NCBI GenBank assembly: GCA_028690055.1 | Contig: JAQVBZ010000002.1 | Span: forward strand, 29,978-93,977 | Reading direction: 5' to 3' | DNA length: 64,000 nt | Source of the DNA: Minisyncoccota bacterium | Lineage (GTDB): Bacteria; Patescibacteriota; Minisyncoccia; JAHIHE01; JAGLIN01 | Shown here: piece by piece, positions 41,233 to 51,429 of the stretch | How positions within the stretch are numbered: position 1 is the stretch's first letter | Layout: the number at the start of each line of letters is the position of its first letter | Notes under the pieces: generated by a model | The model's input: only the letters and a program-made list of their open reading frames with translations | Database searches by the model: none | Told to the model about the DNA's origin: nothing | Position numbers and translations under genes: made by a program

Positions 41233-42195
41233 ATGTCGAGAGAAGCAAAGTGGGAAAGAGGTGTTCAATGGCCGGATAGGGATTGGACTTACCAATCCAG
41301 GTATATAAAGATGTGGCAATTAGAACAGATCGAAGATATGACCGGGCGCAAGCTGTCTAATCTTAAGAGAAAAAACCAACATCATCCTGTCCCCTCGGTT
41401 TTGGCGGATACGGTTGGATATCTTATGCGAATAGATTTTCAAACCGAAGATTCTCACTATTCTTTTATCATTAAGAATATCAGGAATTTGCTGAAACAGA
41501 TGGATTGTGCGGAGGAAGATATAGGGCAAAAAACCGAAGACAACAAAAATGGTAAGGGGAAAAAAGATGTCAGCATCAAGAAGATTAAGAATAAATTAAA
41601 AAGTTTGATTCTAGAGCTTGCGAGCCAAAACTATTATTATGTACCGCAGTTCTTGCACGAATTATTCAACAGGCTTTTTGCCGGCGAGCTTACTCCGGCA
41701 GAGGTTTTGCTCAAGCTGGAGTGGATGTTCGACAAGAGAAGAAATTATTGCGGAGAAAATAAAGAGAACCTTGTGGATTTTCTTTTAAGCGTATGCATCT
41801 TGGAAAAAAAACGCATCTTTACGAAGGCGGAAAAAGAAAGAATTCGCGTTATCAGAAATAGTGCGGATGATGTCCACCCCGTATTGTTGCTGAAAACGTT
41901 GGGGTTGGAAATAAGCGACATTGTAGATGCGCTGTCTCGATATTTTTTCCATCCCTATTGGGGAATGGAGAGATTCAAGAAGCATTTCTTGTTGCTGATG
42001 TTCTTAAAACCTCCCGATCGGCTGAAAAAAACTAACATGTCCATGTATTTGGAATACTACAAGCACAATGGTATCCATAATGTTTTGCGCAATATGAACG
42101 AGGAGGAGATACGGCTCTTAAAGTATTTTTTGAATCGTTTCTCACAAATGGAATGGGAAGACTCTAAAGAATCTCATCTGGATCAACATCAATGA
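41233..42195 (+). CDS. Hypothetical protein, 320 aa
   Basis: ORF from the track. Its 3' end overlaps the priA 3' end convergently by 32 nt. Confidence 0.45.
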   Translation: MSREAKWERGVQWPDRDWTYQSRYIKMWQLEQIEDMTGRKLSNLKRKNQHHPVPSVLADTVGYLMRIDFQTEDSHYSFIIKNIRNLLKQMDCAEEDIGQKTEDNKNGKGKKDVSIKKIKNKLKSLILELASQNYYYVPQFLHELFNRLFAGELTPAEVLLKLEWMFDKRRNYCGENKENLVDFLLSVCILEKKRIFTKAEKERIRVIRNSADDVHPVLLLKTLGLEISDIVDALSRYFFHPYWGMERFKKHFLLLMFLKPPDRLKKTNMSMYLEYYKHNGIHNVLRNMNEEEIRLLKYFLNRFSQMEWEDSKESHLDQHQ

Positions 42196-44134
42196 TCCAG
42201 TCTTTTTTTATAGAGCCAAGCAGCGTATCGCGGACTTGTCTATCAAGCCCGTTTTTATATTTGATGATGATGTGGTAGCGATATTTGCCGTATTCGCGGA
42301 AGCTTTGGGCGGGGAAGGGCGGCATAATTTCGAAATGGTCGCGCCAATTGCGGGTGAAAAGTTCTTTTTGCAATATTTCGTATTGCCACTTAGCTTCTTT
42401 CTGGCAGGCGTAGCGGTCGGTGTTTTTATAAATGAGCTTGATGAGTTTTCCTGCCGGAGGATAAGGAAAAGGCGACAGGCTCACACTCCGGTTTTTTAAT
42501 TCTTTTTTGTAGAAATCCGCGGCGGTTTGGTGTCTGATTTCATCGAAATATTTGTGCTCGGGTTTGCGGCTTTGGATGATGACGGTTTTGTTCTCGGCGA
42601 GCTGATAGATTTTACTCAGGAATTGGCGCGATTTCTCGTGCGAGCGGAAGCCGGGTGAGCTGAAAATTATTTCCGGGAAGATGACGGCTATTACGGACAG
42701 GTTGTTCATAGTAAAATTTTTCCAGACCATTTGTGTCCCTATGAGTATGTCGATTTTGCCTTTCTGGAAATCCGCGAAAACTTTCTGGTTCTGCTTGGCG
42801 TCTTTGGAAGTGCCGCTGTCCAGCTGGACGATGCGGATATTTTTGCCCTCGAAAAGCGTCGCGACTTCTTCGAAGATGCGTTCCGAGCCGCCGCCTCCGG
42901 ATCTGATGTTTTGCCCGTGGCACTCCGGGCATTCGTGCAGAGGCTCGTGGAGCTCCTTGCAGCGTGAGCAGTATAGTTTGCTCTTGAAGCCGATGAGCGG
43001 GCCTTGGCAGGTCTCACACTCTGCAATGTAGCCACAATCCTTACATTGATAGACAGTCTTTTCTCCGAGGCGGGGGATGAAGATCAGTACTTGTTTCTTA
43101 GCGTAGATATTTGTGAAGAGTGCCTCTTGCAATTTTTCGGAGATAAAAGTGTAATTGCCCAGCTTCCTCTCGGTGTCCATATCGATGAGCTGTGGTCGGG
43201 CCTGCGGTTTTGTGGAAATGTTGATGAGATGGAAGTCGTTTTGCGCGCGGTAATAGCTTTCCAAGGAAGGCGTGGGGGAGGAGAGGATGATGTTTGCTTT
43301 GTGGAGGGATGCGAGACGAATAGCGGCGTCTATGCCGTGATAGCGAGGGTTCTGGTCCCATTGTTTGTAGCTGGAATTGTGCTCTTCATCCGCTATGATG
43401 AGTTTTAATTTCGCGAAAGGGGCGAAGACCGCTTGACGGGACCCGATAATTATTTTTGCCTGTCCGCTTTTCACTTTTTGCCATTCGCTGAAATATTGGT
43501 TCTGGGTGATATCGCCCGAGAGGATGGCTACACGGTCCTCGCCGAAGCGGTCGATATAGAATTGCGCGATGCCGTAGATATCGAAAGACTCCGGCATCAT
43601 CAGCAGGGTTTGAGATTTCTCGCTTTGCTTTTCGATGAGGCGTCGATATAGGTCGTGCCTTTCCGAGCCGAGGCTGTGCAGGAGCAGGCAGTGGTCCGAA
43701 GTCTTGATTTCTCGGCGGACAGTTGTTTCTGTTTCTTTTGCAATAGCTTCCACTTTCGGCGCGGGGTTAAGTTTGATTTTCGTGCGCGCGGCGCGTTTGG
43801 TGACGGGAGGGAAGATTATTTTTATCACGAGCGACAGCGATACGAAATAATAATCGCTGACGAAGCGGGCGATTGCCAGTTGAGACTCCGACAAACTGAA
43901 GTCCGGCAGTAGCTCTTTGATATTCTTGAGCTTGAACTTGGTTTCGCTTTCTTTTCCGAAGGAAGCGACCACCCCCATAAGCTCTTTTCGGCCGAAAGGG
44001 ATTTTCACCGCGTCGCCGACCCGTATACTTTTTTGCATCTCAGGCGGAATCCGATAACTCCAAAATTGCGCCAAGTCTCGAGGGAGATTGGCGGCAGGAA
44101 TGACTTCGGCGATTTTGATTTCTTTTTGCAACAT
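42164..44134 (-). CDS. priA: Primosomal protein N' (PriA replication-restart helicase)
   Basis: N-terminal 3'-DNA-binding domain, Walker A and DEAH-type (ADEEH) helicase motifs, Cys4 zinc-binding region CKDCGY...CETCQGP...CSRCKE...CPECHG. The track start 44212 lies inside a REP element; the ATG at 44134 (MLQKEIKIAEV) is preferred. Confidence 0.9.
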   Translation of the reverse strand: MLQKEIKIAEVIPAANLPRDLAQFWSYRIPPEMQKSIRVGDAVKIPFGRKELMGVVASFGKESETKFKLKNIKELLPDFSLSESQLAIARFVSDYYFVSLSLVIKIIFPPVTKRAARTKIKLNPAPKVEAIAKETETTVRREIKTSDHCLLLHSLGSERHDLYRRLIEKQSEKSQTLLMMPESFDIYGIAQFYIDRFGEDRVAILSGDITQNQYFSEWQKVKSGQAKIIIGSRQAVFAPFAKLKLIIADEEHNSSYKQWDQNPRYHGIDAAIRLASLHKANIILSSPTPSLESYYRAQNDFHLINISTKPQARPQLIDMDTERKLGNYTFISEKLQEALFTNIYAKKQVLIFIPRLGEKTVYQCKDCGYIAECETCQGPLIGFKSKLYCSRCKELHEPLHECPECHGQNIRSGGGGSERIFEEVATLFEGKNIRIVQLDSGTSKDAKQNQKVFADFQKGKIDILIGTQMVWKNFTMNNLSVIAVIFPEIIFSSPGFRSHEKSRQFLSKIYQLAENKTVIIQSRKPEHKYFDEIRHQTAADFYKKELKNRSVSLSPFPYPPAGKLIKLIYKNTDRYACQKEAKWQYEILQKELFTRNWRDHFEIMPPFPAQSFREYGKYRYHIIIKYKNGLDRQVRDTLLGSIKKDWIIDVDPDEIL

Positions 44135-44149
44135 AGTTTGTTTATAAAT

Positions 44150-44256
44150 GGAGTAGCGGGATTCATCCCGCGCGGTTGTCCGATGCAAAAAAGAACATTT
44201 GAAACGGCTCATTCTGTCTGGCTTGGGATAGCAGCGCAGACTAAAGTCTGCTACTT
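44150..44256. repeat. REP/BIME-like inverted doublet (GGAGTAGC-GGGATTCATCCC-GCGC ... GCGC-AGACTAAAGTCT-GCTACT)
   Basis: Arms at 44150..44174 and 44235..44256; same hairpin pairing as the 4301 doublet. Confidence 0.7.
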
Positions 44257-44793
44257 ACTCTGTGTTTCTTTGTATTTTGTAACGCTAAAGCGGAACAGTG
44301 AATGTTCTTCTCTCTCGATATCTATTCCACCTTTGCGCGCCGCAATCTCGATCTGATAGAGCGGAGAATCCACACCCTCGATATCGGGGAGGAGCAGTCC
44401 GCAGCGACCGTCGGTGGTTTTGACGATAACGCCATATCTTTTGGTATCCAAGTCAGCGTGCGAATAAATCTGTTCCGGTGGCTCAAGTTGGCTCACTTCA
44501 TAACTCAGGTCGCCCAATTCGTCGGCAGTGATGGGGCTGAAGCGATTATCTTCTTGCGAGGCAAAGATGGCGTTTTGGATTATCTCTTGTGCGATATCGT
44601 CTTTGGTCGGCGCGAATGTTCCGACACATCCGCGCAGATTTTTCTCGCCGCCTTCATTTTTGTATATCGTCACAAAGACGCCTTTACGCGCACGATAAAA
44701 ATCCTTCGGCAGATTCTGCGGTGCAGGGATTGCTTTGCCGGTTTTGGCATAAGTTTCCACAGTTTGTCGCGCAAGCGCGGTATATTCGTCCAT
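44251..44793 (-). CDS. AMMECR1-domain protein
   Basis: About 180 aa; conserved RGCVGT motif and overall AMMECR1 profile. Confidence 0.8.
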   Translation of the reverse strand: MDEYTALARQTVETYAKTGKAIPAPQNLPKDFYRARKGVFVTIYKNEGGEKNLRGCVGTFAPTKDDIAQEIIQNAIFASQEDNRFSPITADELGDLSYEVSQLEPPEQIYSHADLDTKRYGVIVKTTDGRCGLLLPDIEGVDSPLYQIEIAARKGGIDIEREEHSLFRFSVTKYKETQSK

Positions 44794-45094
44794 ATCTTCA
44801 TTCTATATGATTGCGCGGGGATAGTAAAATGGGGTCATACGCAATATATGTTTCTAATTGATGTCTTTAATTGAAGTTTTATATGATTTTAATAAACGGT
44901 TTAAACATAAAAAAACTTTTTTCTTGCAACATAACCCATCTTTTGTCATTCCGCAGGAATCCCTTAAACTATCTATTTCTAAAAATATAAATATTATGCT
45001 ACTGATAAGGGCATAAGGGGCTCTTACCGGAATTATACAAATTAAACAATTCGCTGACAAAACACCACATAAATTTCATCTATATGATATCTTT

Positions 45095-45218
45095 CGTGTG
45101 TCATGCCGGGCTTGACCCGGTATCTTTGTTATATTCCGCTTTTACTCTGCTACAAAGCTTAATCGTTATACTTCGTAGATTCCGGATATTTCGCAGTAAC
45201 GAAATTCCGGAATGACAA
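45095..45218. repeat. Family-2 MITE-like element (cGTGTGTCATGCCGGGCTTGACCCGG ... GATTCCGGATATTTCGCAGTAACGAAATTCCGGAATGACAaat)
   Basis: Left hairpin CCGGG-cttga-CCCGG; the right end is the canonical family-2 unit. Confidence 0.55.
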
Positions 45219-45650
45219 ATATCGTGGATTTAGTGTTTAAGAAGAATTCTTCGAAATATTTTATACAAAAGCTGTCAGCGGATTAAGTAACTCATACAAG
45301 AATGACAAAAATGATGGTTTTATAGCGAGAAATACTATTCGGCAGGTTTGATAGAGCAGCTCCGATGTCGCGTATGACTCGAAAAAAGATTTAGAAAGCC
45401 GCTATGGCTTGACATAGTCCTATTTTGGAGTTATCTTGACTTTACAATCTTTTCGGTCATCTCTGTCACCTCTTTATATGCCAATAGAGGTGATGACGAG
45501 CGTGAAAAAAATGGAGAGGCGAAAAGATTGCAAAAATAAGCTGGATCAAAAAACGTCGAGCGGCTCGTTTGATAATGTTATCTGACAGCCGCTCTTATTC
45601 TTTATTGTTGACTAATTGTTCTTTTTCTTATAACATACAAAAGTAGCTCA

Positions 45651-45723
45651 CGGGGCGTAGCGTAACGGCTATCGCGCTTGGTTTGGGACCAAGAGACTCC
45701 GAGTTCGAATCTCGGCGCCCCGA
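45651..45723 (+). tRNA. tRNA-Pro (anticodon TGG)
   Basis: Manual cloverleaf: acceptor CGGGGCG/CGCCCCG, anticodon stem CTTGG/CCAAG, loop TTTGGGA (34-36 = TGG), T-loop GTTCGAATC, discriminator A. CCA is not encoded. Confidence 0.85.
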
Positions 45724-45790
45724 CAGATGAAGACGGCCTTTAACGGGCTGTTTTATTGACATAAATATGAGGTAATGATAAAGACCATTT

Positions 45791-46267
45791 ATGAAGACGA
45801 TCAGATGTCAAAACAATTACGGGGAAATAGTGGAACTGCCGCTTACGAAATTTAAGCCACGTCTTTCGGCCTATGCTATTTTTAAAAAAGATGGCCGTGT
45901 TTTGGTTTGCGCGACCAAAAGCACGGGAAAATTGTGGCTGCCCGGCGGAGGAGTAAATCCGGAGGAAACACACGAGGAAGCTTTGCGCAGGGAAGTAAAA
46001 GAAGAAGCGGGCATAGAGAATTTTGTAATCAAAAGATTTATCACTGATTTCAGGCATTACGGCTATTACGCGCCGGAGGATGATGCTTTCGATGGGCATC
46101 TCTATTTTTATGAGTGCGAAACGGAGCAGGAGACCGTCAAATCAAATGACGAGATCGAAGACGGCGAGGCGATAGACTTCGAGTGGATGACTATGGTGCG
46201 GATCGAGGAAATAGGCTTTTGCGACGTGGACGGGGAAATACGGGATATTCTGGATTCTTTGGATTAA
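45791..46267 (+). CDS. NUDIX hydrolase
   Basis: Nudix box GGGVNPEETHEEALRREVKEEAGI (GX5EX7REVXEEXGI). 158 aa. Confidence 0.8.
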   Translation: MKTIRCQNNYGEIVELPLTKFKPRLSAYAIFKKDGRVLVCATKSTGKLWLPGGGVNPEETHEEALRREVKEEAGIENFVIKRFITDFRHYGYYAPEDDAFDGHLYFYECETEQETVKSNDEIEDGEAIDFEWMTMVRIEEIGFCDVDGEIRDILDSLD

Positions 46268-46305
46268 AAATAATGGAAGCAAAGCAGTCAAATAGGCTTT
46301 TCTTA

Positions 46306-46333
46306 TTTACTAATTTAGAAATCGTAGTATAAT
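46306..46333 (+). promoter_or_regulatory. Promoter TTTACT-16-TATAAT for tRNA-Pro(CGG)
   Basis: A near-identical 30-nt module (GTAGTATAATACTnATGTTCnTTCGGGG) precedes tRNA-Pro(GGG) at 47529..47556. Confidence 0.5.
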
Positions 46334-46346
46334 ACTTATGTTCGTT

Positions 46347-46419
46347 CGGGGCGTAGCGTAACGGCTATCGCGCTTGGTTCGGGATCAAGAGATTCCGGGT
46401 TCGAATCCCGGCGTCCCGA
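46347..46419 (+). tRNA. tRNA-Pro (anticodon CGG)
   Basis: Same scaffold as 45651..45723 with anticodon loop TTCGGGA (34-36 = CGG); acceptor has one G-U pair. Confidence 0.85.
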
Positions 46420-46521
46420 CAGGGGAATTGATGGCGGCTGATGTGGCCGCCTTTTGCAGATATATGAAATCGGCGGTTTTGTTATCGTTAAGTTTATGTG
46501 TGAATCATAAAAGCAAAAAAT

Positions 46522-47523
46522 ATGAAGTACGAAGATAGAGTTTATGGAGAATGCGAAATCACAGAAGCAGTGGTCTTGGACCTTATCGGGTCATCTTCTT
46601 TGCAAAGATTGAAGGGGATAGACCAGTCGGGCTATCGGGCACTGTGGGTTCAGCCGGAAACGGAATTGGGGGAATATGATAATAGCCGTTTTGCGCATTC
46701 GGTGGGGGTATATCTTTTGCTCAAAAAATACGGCGCGCCGCTGGAAGAACAGCTTGCCGGTCTTATCCATGATGTTTCGCATACGGCATTTTCACACTGC
46801 ATCGACTACGTTTTGAATGTGGGTAGTGAAGCAAAGCAGGATCATCAGGACAATGTATTCGAAGCTTTTGTCAGGAAATCGGAGATACCGAATATATTGG
46901 AAAAGCATGGTCAAAATGTCGATCGTTTGCTTGACGATGGCAATTTTCCTCTGAAGGAAAATATTCTGCCCGATTTGTGCGCGGATCGTATAGATTATTC
47001 TATGAGAACGGCAGTACTTTTCGGTGAAATCGATTTTAAACAGGCGCAAGAAATCCTGGACGGACTTGCCGTGAAAGATAACATTTGGTTCTTCAGGGAT
47101 TTCGAGAGTGCAAAAAGATACGCGGAACTGTTTAGTCGTGTCAATGATATTCATTATGCCGGATTGGATTCGGCGCGGATGTACGAAGCGGTGCGAGGTT
47201 TCGTCGTGTATGCCATGGCAAAGGATTATATTTACGAGGAATATCTGTATCGGGGCGATGAAGCGGTTATCGCGAAGATTAATGAGCATCTGGAGGAGGA
47301 TGTCGAGCTTCAGAAGCTTTTTGACCGAATGAATGACAAGTCGAAGATTTCAGAGAGCGTCGTCGGTTATGACGCTGAGGTGGTTTGTAAATCCAGAATA
47401 GTCGATCCATGGTTTTCTGATAGTGGGATATTACGAAGGGTCTCCGATGCCGATTCGTCTTGGGGAAAAGTCGTGAGGGAAAAGTTGAAGCCCAAAAGAT
47501 ATTTTTTGAAATATAAGAATTGA
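46522..47523 (+). CDS. HD-domain metal-dependent phosphohydrolase
   Basis: H...HD motif (FAHSVGVYLL...LIHDVSHTAFSH). 333 aa. Confidence 0.8.
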   Translation: MKYEDRVYGECEITEAVVLDLIGSSSLQRLKGIDQSGYRALWVQPETELGEYDNSRFAHSVGVYLLLKKYGAPLEEQLAGLIHDVSHTAFSHCIDYVLNVGSEAKQDHQDNVFEAFVRKSEIPNILEKHGQNVDRLLDDGNFPLKENILPDLCADRIDYSMRTAVLFGEIDFKQAQEILDGLAVKDNIWFFRDFESAKRYAELFSRVNDIHYAGLDSARMYEAVRGFVVYAMAKDYIYEEYLYRGDEAVIAKINEHLEEDVELQKLFDRMNDKSKISESVVGYDAEVVCKSRIVDPWFSDSGILRRVSDADSSWGKVVREKLKPKRYFLKYKN

Positions 47524-47528
47524 TGCAA

Positions 47529-47556
47529 TTTACTTTTCTTTGAAGAGTAGTATAAT
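47529..47556 (+). promoter_or_regulatory. Promoter TTTACT-16-TATAAT for tRNA-Pro(GGG)
   Basis: See 46306..46333. Confidence 0.5.
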
Positions 47557-47569
47557 ACTAATGTTCTTT

Positions 47570-47642
47570 CGGGGCGTAGCGCAGCTGGTAGCGCGCAGGG
47601 CTGGGGGTCCTGAGGTCGCAGGTTCGAATCCTGTCGCCCCGA
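47570..47642 (+). tRNA. tRNA-Pro (anticodon GGG)
   Basis: Acceptor CGGGGCG/CGCCCCG, D-arm GCGC/GCGC, anticodon stem CAGGG/TCCTG, loop CTGGGGG (34-36 = GGG), T-loop GTTCGAATC. Confidence 0.8.
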
Positions 47643-47685
47643 CATATAGTCAACTTTTTTAGAGAAGGTTGTTTTTTGTTGTAAT

Positions 47686-47722
47686 AAGGACAGTCCTTAC
47701 AGAATCAAAAGGACTGTCCTTC
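47686..47722. repeat. Double AAGGAC(A/T)GTCCTT palindrome (copy of 26855..26892)
   Basis: TAAGGACAGTCCTTACAGAATCAAAAGGACTGTCCTT. Confidence 0.6.
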
Positions 47723-47793
47723 CTGATTGGAATCTTTCATATCTGTTATGTGCTATCCCTGTACGTAGCGGAGTGAAGTGTCTTATTTTATTA

Positions 47794-47836
47794 CGCGGGA
47801 TATAACGGGACCCTTCGGGGTACCTCAGGATGACAG
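47794..47836. repeat. Family-2 half element (CGCGGGAT...GGGACCCTTCGGGGTACCTCAGGATGACAG)
   Basis: Matches the right end of 21228..21316. Confidence 0.5.
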
Positions 47837-47964
47837 ATAATCGAGGGGGTCCAGAAGGCTTTGATGGAAGAACCTTTTTGCCTAAAACTCTCAAAAAGAG
47901 TAAACTGAAATTAAGAAATCCCTGTTTTTGGTTTTAATTTTTATTAAAAAGCTAAAACAAAAAA

Positions 47965-50277
47965 ATGAACAAACAAAAGGACTCTTCGCAGTCTAATGTG
48001 CCGCTTGCTTCCGAGGTCAGTTCGAGTTCGCCAAGCAAGCAAAAAAAAGTTTACATTGCTTTGTCGGCGACAGCTAGTCTAGTACTCGTCATATTGTTGG
48101 TGAGCTATTTTAATTTCACTTGGAAACAGATGGAATCACAACAGCAGCAGGAGGAACAAGTCTCAAGCGAGGAAGTGGCGGAGGAGACGGAAGAGGTCCC
48201 GACTTACGTGCTCTCGTCGCAGTTTGCCAACTGGGAGGATACGCCGGTCGATATTACGCCACAGGTCGCGGCCTATACGGTTGATGCGGATCTGGGTAAC
48301 GTGACCAATGCGGGCGATTTTACTTTGAGCGATGATGCCAAGGCGCTGCTTGTTAAGAACGCTTTTGCGGTTATATCTTCGAACAAGGAGGAGTTCTATC
48401 CGCTCTATGAATCTAATCGCTACGGACAGATTCCCAATTTTATCACTACGGATTCGACACTGCACAGCTATCATCTGATGTTTGATGATTTGCTCAAGAA
48501 ATTGGAGGAGGGCAAGCTCTCTCCCGAGCTCAAGAACCTCAACGCGGCGATGCTTGCCGACTCGCTCGCGCAGTACCAGTCTCTCAAAGGAACGGAGTGG
48601 GAAAATGCGGCTAAGCGGAATGTGGGGTTCTTTGCGGTGGGAAGCAAGCTGCTTGATCCGAACGTGAATATTCCTGACATCGTGAAGAGCGAGGTGGAGC
48701 AGGAGATGGTCTTTATCGATGCACACGAGGCGATTGATATTTCGCCGGTGATGAATATCGGTCTGTCACAGGAGGATTTGGCGAAATACGAGCTGGATTC
48801 CATAAAAGAAGATTATACACAATATATTCCAAGAGGACATTATACTAAAACCGAAGAGCTCAAGAGATATTTCAAATCGATGATGTGGTACGGCAGGCTC
48901 ACTTTCCGTTTGAAGAGTCCGGATGAGGTCAAATCGGCGCTCTTGATCAGCGAGGCCCTGGGAAGCAAAGGTAGCAGCCAAGAGAGTTGGGATAAAATTT
49001 ATGAGCCGATAAATTTCTTCGTGGGCAAGAGCGACGATATCACTTATTACCAGTTCCGCGATACGATGCAAAAAGTTTATGGCGATGAAATTACTTTGGG
49101 CAGTGTAAAGAGCGATGATACCAAGCTGGAGAGTTTCATCGCCGAGGCGGATAAATTGGACGCGCCGCAAATCAATTCAATGCCTATTTTCGATGCGAGT
49201 ATCCAGCCGGATCGGGAAAAAGAGATCAAAGGTTTTCGTTTTATGGGACAGAGGTTTACGGTTGATGCTTCTATTTTCCAAAGATTGATTGTCAGGGAAG
49301 TAGGGCAAAAGACGGATAAATGTTCTGACGCGCCGTTTGCCAAAGGCAGGGGCCTTCCGAACGGTTTGGATATTCCGGCGGCGATGGGGTCAAGCGAAGC
49401 TTACAGTATCTTGCAGTCGGAAGGCGAAACCGATTACGCCTGCTACAAGGAGAATTTGGGCAAGATGAAGACATATGTTGCCGGTTTGGATAAGAATATG
49501 TGGACGCAGAATTTGTATTGGGGCTGGCTTTATTCTCTGAAACCTCTTGCTGAAGAAAAGGTCGCCGGTTATCCCAGCTTTATGACCAATACCGCCTGGC
49601 AGAGGAAGGACCTTAATACCTATCTCGGCAGCTGGACGGAGCTCAAGCGTGATACGATTCTCTATGCCAAGCAGGCTTATGCGGAGATGGGCGGAGGAGG
49701 AGACGAAGAACCCAAAGATTACCGCGGATATGTGGAACCGGAGCCTTACGTCTATGCGCGTTTGGTGTCGCTCATCAAGATGACCAAGGCGGGGCTGGAG
49801 GGCAGAGGACTTCTGGACGAAGGCAATACGGAAAGTCTCGATAAGCTGGAGGAGATTGCGCTTGCGCTGAAGACCATTTCAGAAAAAGAACTGAATGGCA
49901 CGGCGCTTACCGATGAGGAAAATGATTTCATCAAGGCTTACGGCGGAAACTTGGAACATATCTGGGCTGATATCTTCTACCCGGATGGTGGACCGCGGGT
50001 ATTGGATGATAAGACCAATGCGCCAGTGATTGCGGATGTCGCGACCGATCCCGGGACGATGACGGCGTTGGAAGAGGGGACCGGCTATGTTTCGGAAATT
50101 TATGCCGTGGTGCCGATTGATGGCAAATTGCGCATCGCCAAAGGTGCGGTCTATTCACATTACGAATTTGCCCAGCCGATTGCTGATCGTTTGACAGATG
50201 AGAAATGGAAAGAAATGCTCAAATCCGGCACAGCTCCGGCGATGCCGACCTGGACACAGGCGTTTATGACAAAATAA
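47965..50277 (+). CDS. Large hypothetical secreted or membrane-anchored protein, 770 aa
   Basis: N-terminal TM/signal anchor, S-rich linker, acidic EEQ stretch. No recognisable catalytic motif. Confidence 0.6.
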   Translation: MNKQKDSSQSNVPLASEVSSSSPSKQKKVYIALSATASLVLVILLVSYFNFTWKQMESQQQQEEQVSSEEVAEETEEVPTYVLSSQFANWEDTPVDITPQVAAYTVDADLGNVTNAGDFTLSDDAKALLVKNAFAVISSNKEEFYPLYESNRYGQIPNFITTDSTLHSYHLMFDDLLKKLEEGKLSPELKNLNAAMLADSLAQYQSLKGTEWENAAKRNVGFFAVGSKLLDPNVNIPDIVKSEVEQEMVFIDAHEAIDISPVMNIGLSQEDLAKYELDSIKEDYTQYIPRGHYTKTEELKRYFKSMMWYGRLTFRLKSPDEVKSALLISEALGSKGSSQESWDKIYEPINFFVGKSDDITYYQFRDTMQKVYGDEITLGSVKSDDTKLESFIAEADKLDAPQINSMPIFDASIQPDREKEIKGFRFMGQRFTVDASIFQRLIVREVGQKTDKCSDAPFAKGRGLPNGLDIPAAMGSSEAYSILQSEGETDYACYKENLGKMKTYVAGLDKNMWTQNLYWGWLYSLKPLAEEKVAGYPSFMTNTAWQRKDLNTYLGSWTELKRDTILYAKQAYAEMGGGGDEEPKDYRGYVEPEPYVYARLVSLIKMTKAGLEGRGLLDEGNTESLDKLEEIALALKTISEKELNGTALTDEENDFIKAYGGNLEHIWADIFYPDGGPRVLDDKTNAPVIADVATDPGTMTALEEGTGYVSEIYAVVPIDGKLRIAKGAVYSHYEFAQPIADRLTDEKWKEMLKSGTAPAMPTWTQAFMTK

Positions 50278-50321
50278 TCAGTCCATACTCGCATATCTTA
50301 CTCACATATCTTTGATTTTGT

Positions 50322-50375
50322 TTTCTCCCTCTCCCGTCGGGAGAGGGTCGGGGTGAGGGGGAATAACAATTAATT
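50322..50375 (-). repeat. Family-3 repeat, reverse orientation
   Basis: The reverse complement reads TTATTCCCCCTCACCCCGACCCTCTCCC-GACG-GGAGAGGGAGAAAAC. Confidence 0.6.
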
Positions 50376-50401
50376 CCTTTGGTGTTTAATAATAAAGTGC
50401 G

Positions 50402-51289
50402 ATGACGAAGCAGAACCGATCAGTTGTAATCTTGGCTATGGTAATTATTTTTGCCTTGATTGCGGCAATCGGTTTTTTGCTTGTCAGAGGCAGTTTGCAA
50501 GACAGCTCTAATCCTCAAAGCAGTTTCAATAATGAAAAAGTCGAAGATGCTGTCGCTTTATTTTCGGATTTTAAAGCGTGTAAAGAAAAAGTTCTATCGC
50601 AGTACGTTAATAATTCTCATAACCCCGTGTCATTGCCGGAAGAGAGTCAGTTTTTCTGTTGGAATAAGGAAAAAGAAACTTTTGAAAAAACAGATTTCGG
50701 TCTAACAAATGAAAACCCCGATCTTTCTCGCGACAGGCTTTCCAAAACACAAAGCGCTGATCTCGATAGCGACGGCATCAATGAAGAATATATATTGCAA
50801 GGCGGTAAATTGACCATTCGAGGAAACGCAGAGACAATCTGGCAATCCGCCGACGATTGGTGGGTAGAAGATTTCGCTATCGCCGATTCGACCAATGATG
50901 GCGTGGCGGACATAAATCTCTCAGTCTGGAAATCAGGCAGTTTCGGAAAATTCAAACCTATCTGGGTCAAGAATAATGATCCCAGTGTCAAAAATCATTT
51001 TTTTATTTTCAACTGGGAAGACGGAAAAATAAAACCGGTCTGGCAATCTTCGAATCTGGACGCTCCGAATTGCCAAATCTTGATTGATGATATTAACGAC
51101 GATGGAGAAAATGAGATTATTGTCCTTGAGGGCGACTACGCCGACGTTCCGGATTGCAGTGGCAAATATATCGCGGTGTGGAAGTGGGGAGAGTGGGGTT
51201 TTTTGAATGAGTGGAGGAGCGAGGAAGGGGAGTTTGAGGGGATGGGGGTTGAGGAGGTTGGAGAAAATAAGTGCTTTATAGGATTTTGA
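50402..51289 (+). CDS. Hypothetical membrane-anchored protein with FG-GAP/VCBS-like D-x-[DN]-x-D-G repeats
   Basis: N-terminal TM; repeats DLDSDGINEE, DSTNDGVADINL, DDINDDGENEIIVL. Confidence 0.55.
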   Translation: MTKQNRSVVILAMVIIFALIAAIGFLLVRGSLQDSSNPQSSFNNEKVEDAVALFSDFKACKEKVLSQYVNNSHNPVSLPEESQFFCWNKEKETFEKTDFGLTNENPDLSRDRLSKTQSADLDSDGINEEYILQGGKLTIRGNAETIWQSADDWWVEDFAIADSTNDGVADINLSVWKSGSFGKFKPIWVKNNDPSVKNHFFIFNWEDGKIKPVWQSSNLDAPNCQILIDDINDDGENEIIVLEGDYADVPDCSGKYIAVWKWGEWGFLNEWRSEEGEFEGMGVEEVGENKCFIGF

Positions 51290-51429
51290 TATTTTATTTT
51301 CTGCGAAACGACATCTTTCGTGTGTCATCCTTGTTTCAGGATCCTCGTTATAAAAAATAATAACTAGTAATGCGGGCTAGACTTTCTATTTAGTCTTTCT
51401 CGTATGTTTATTTGTTTAAATCATATAAT

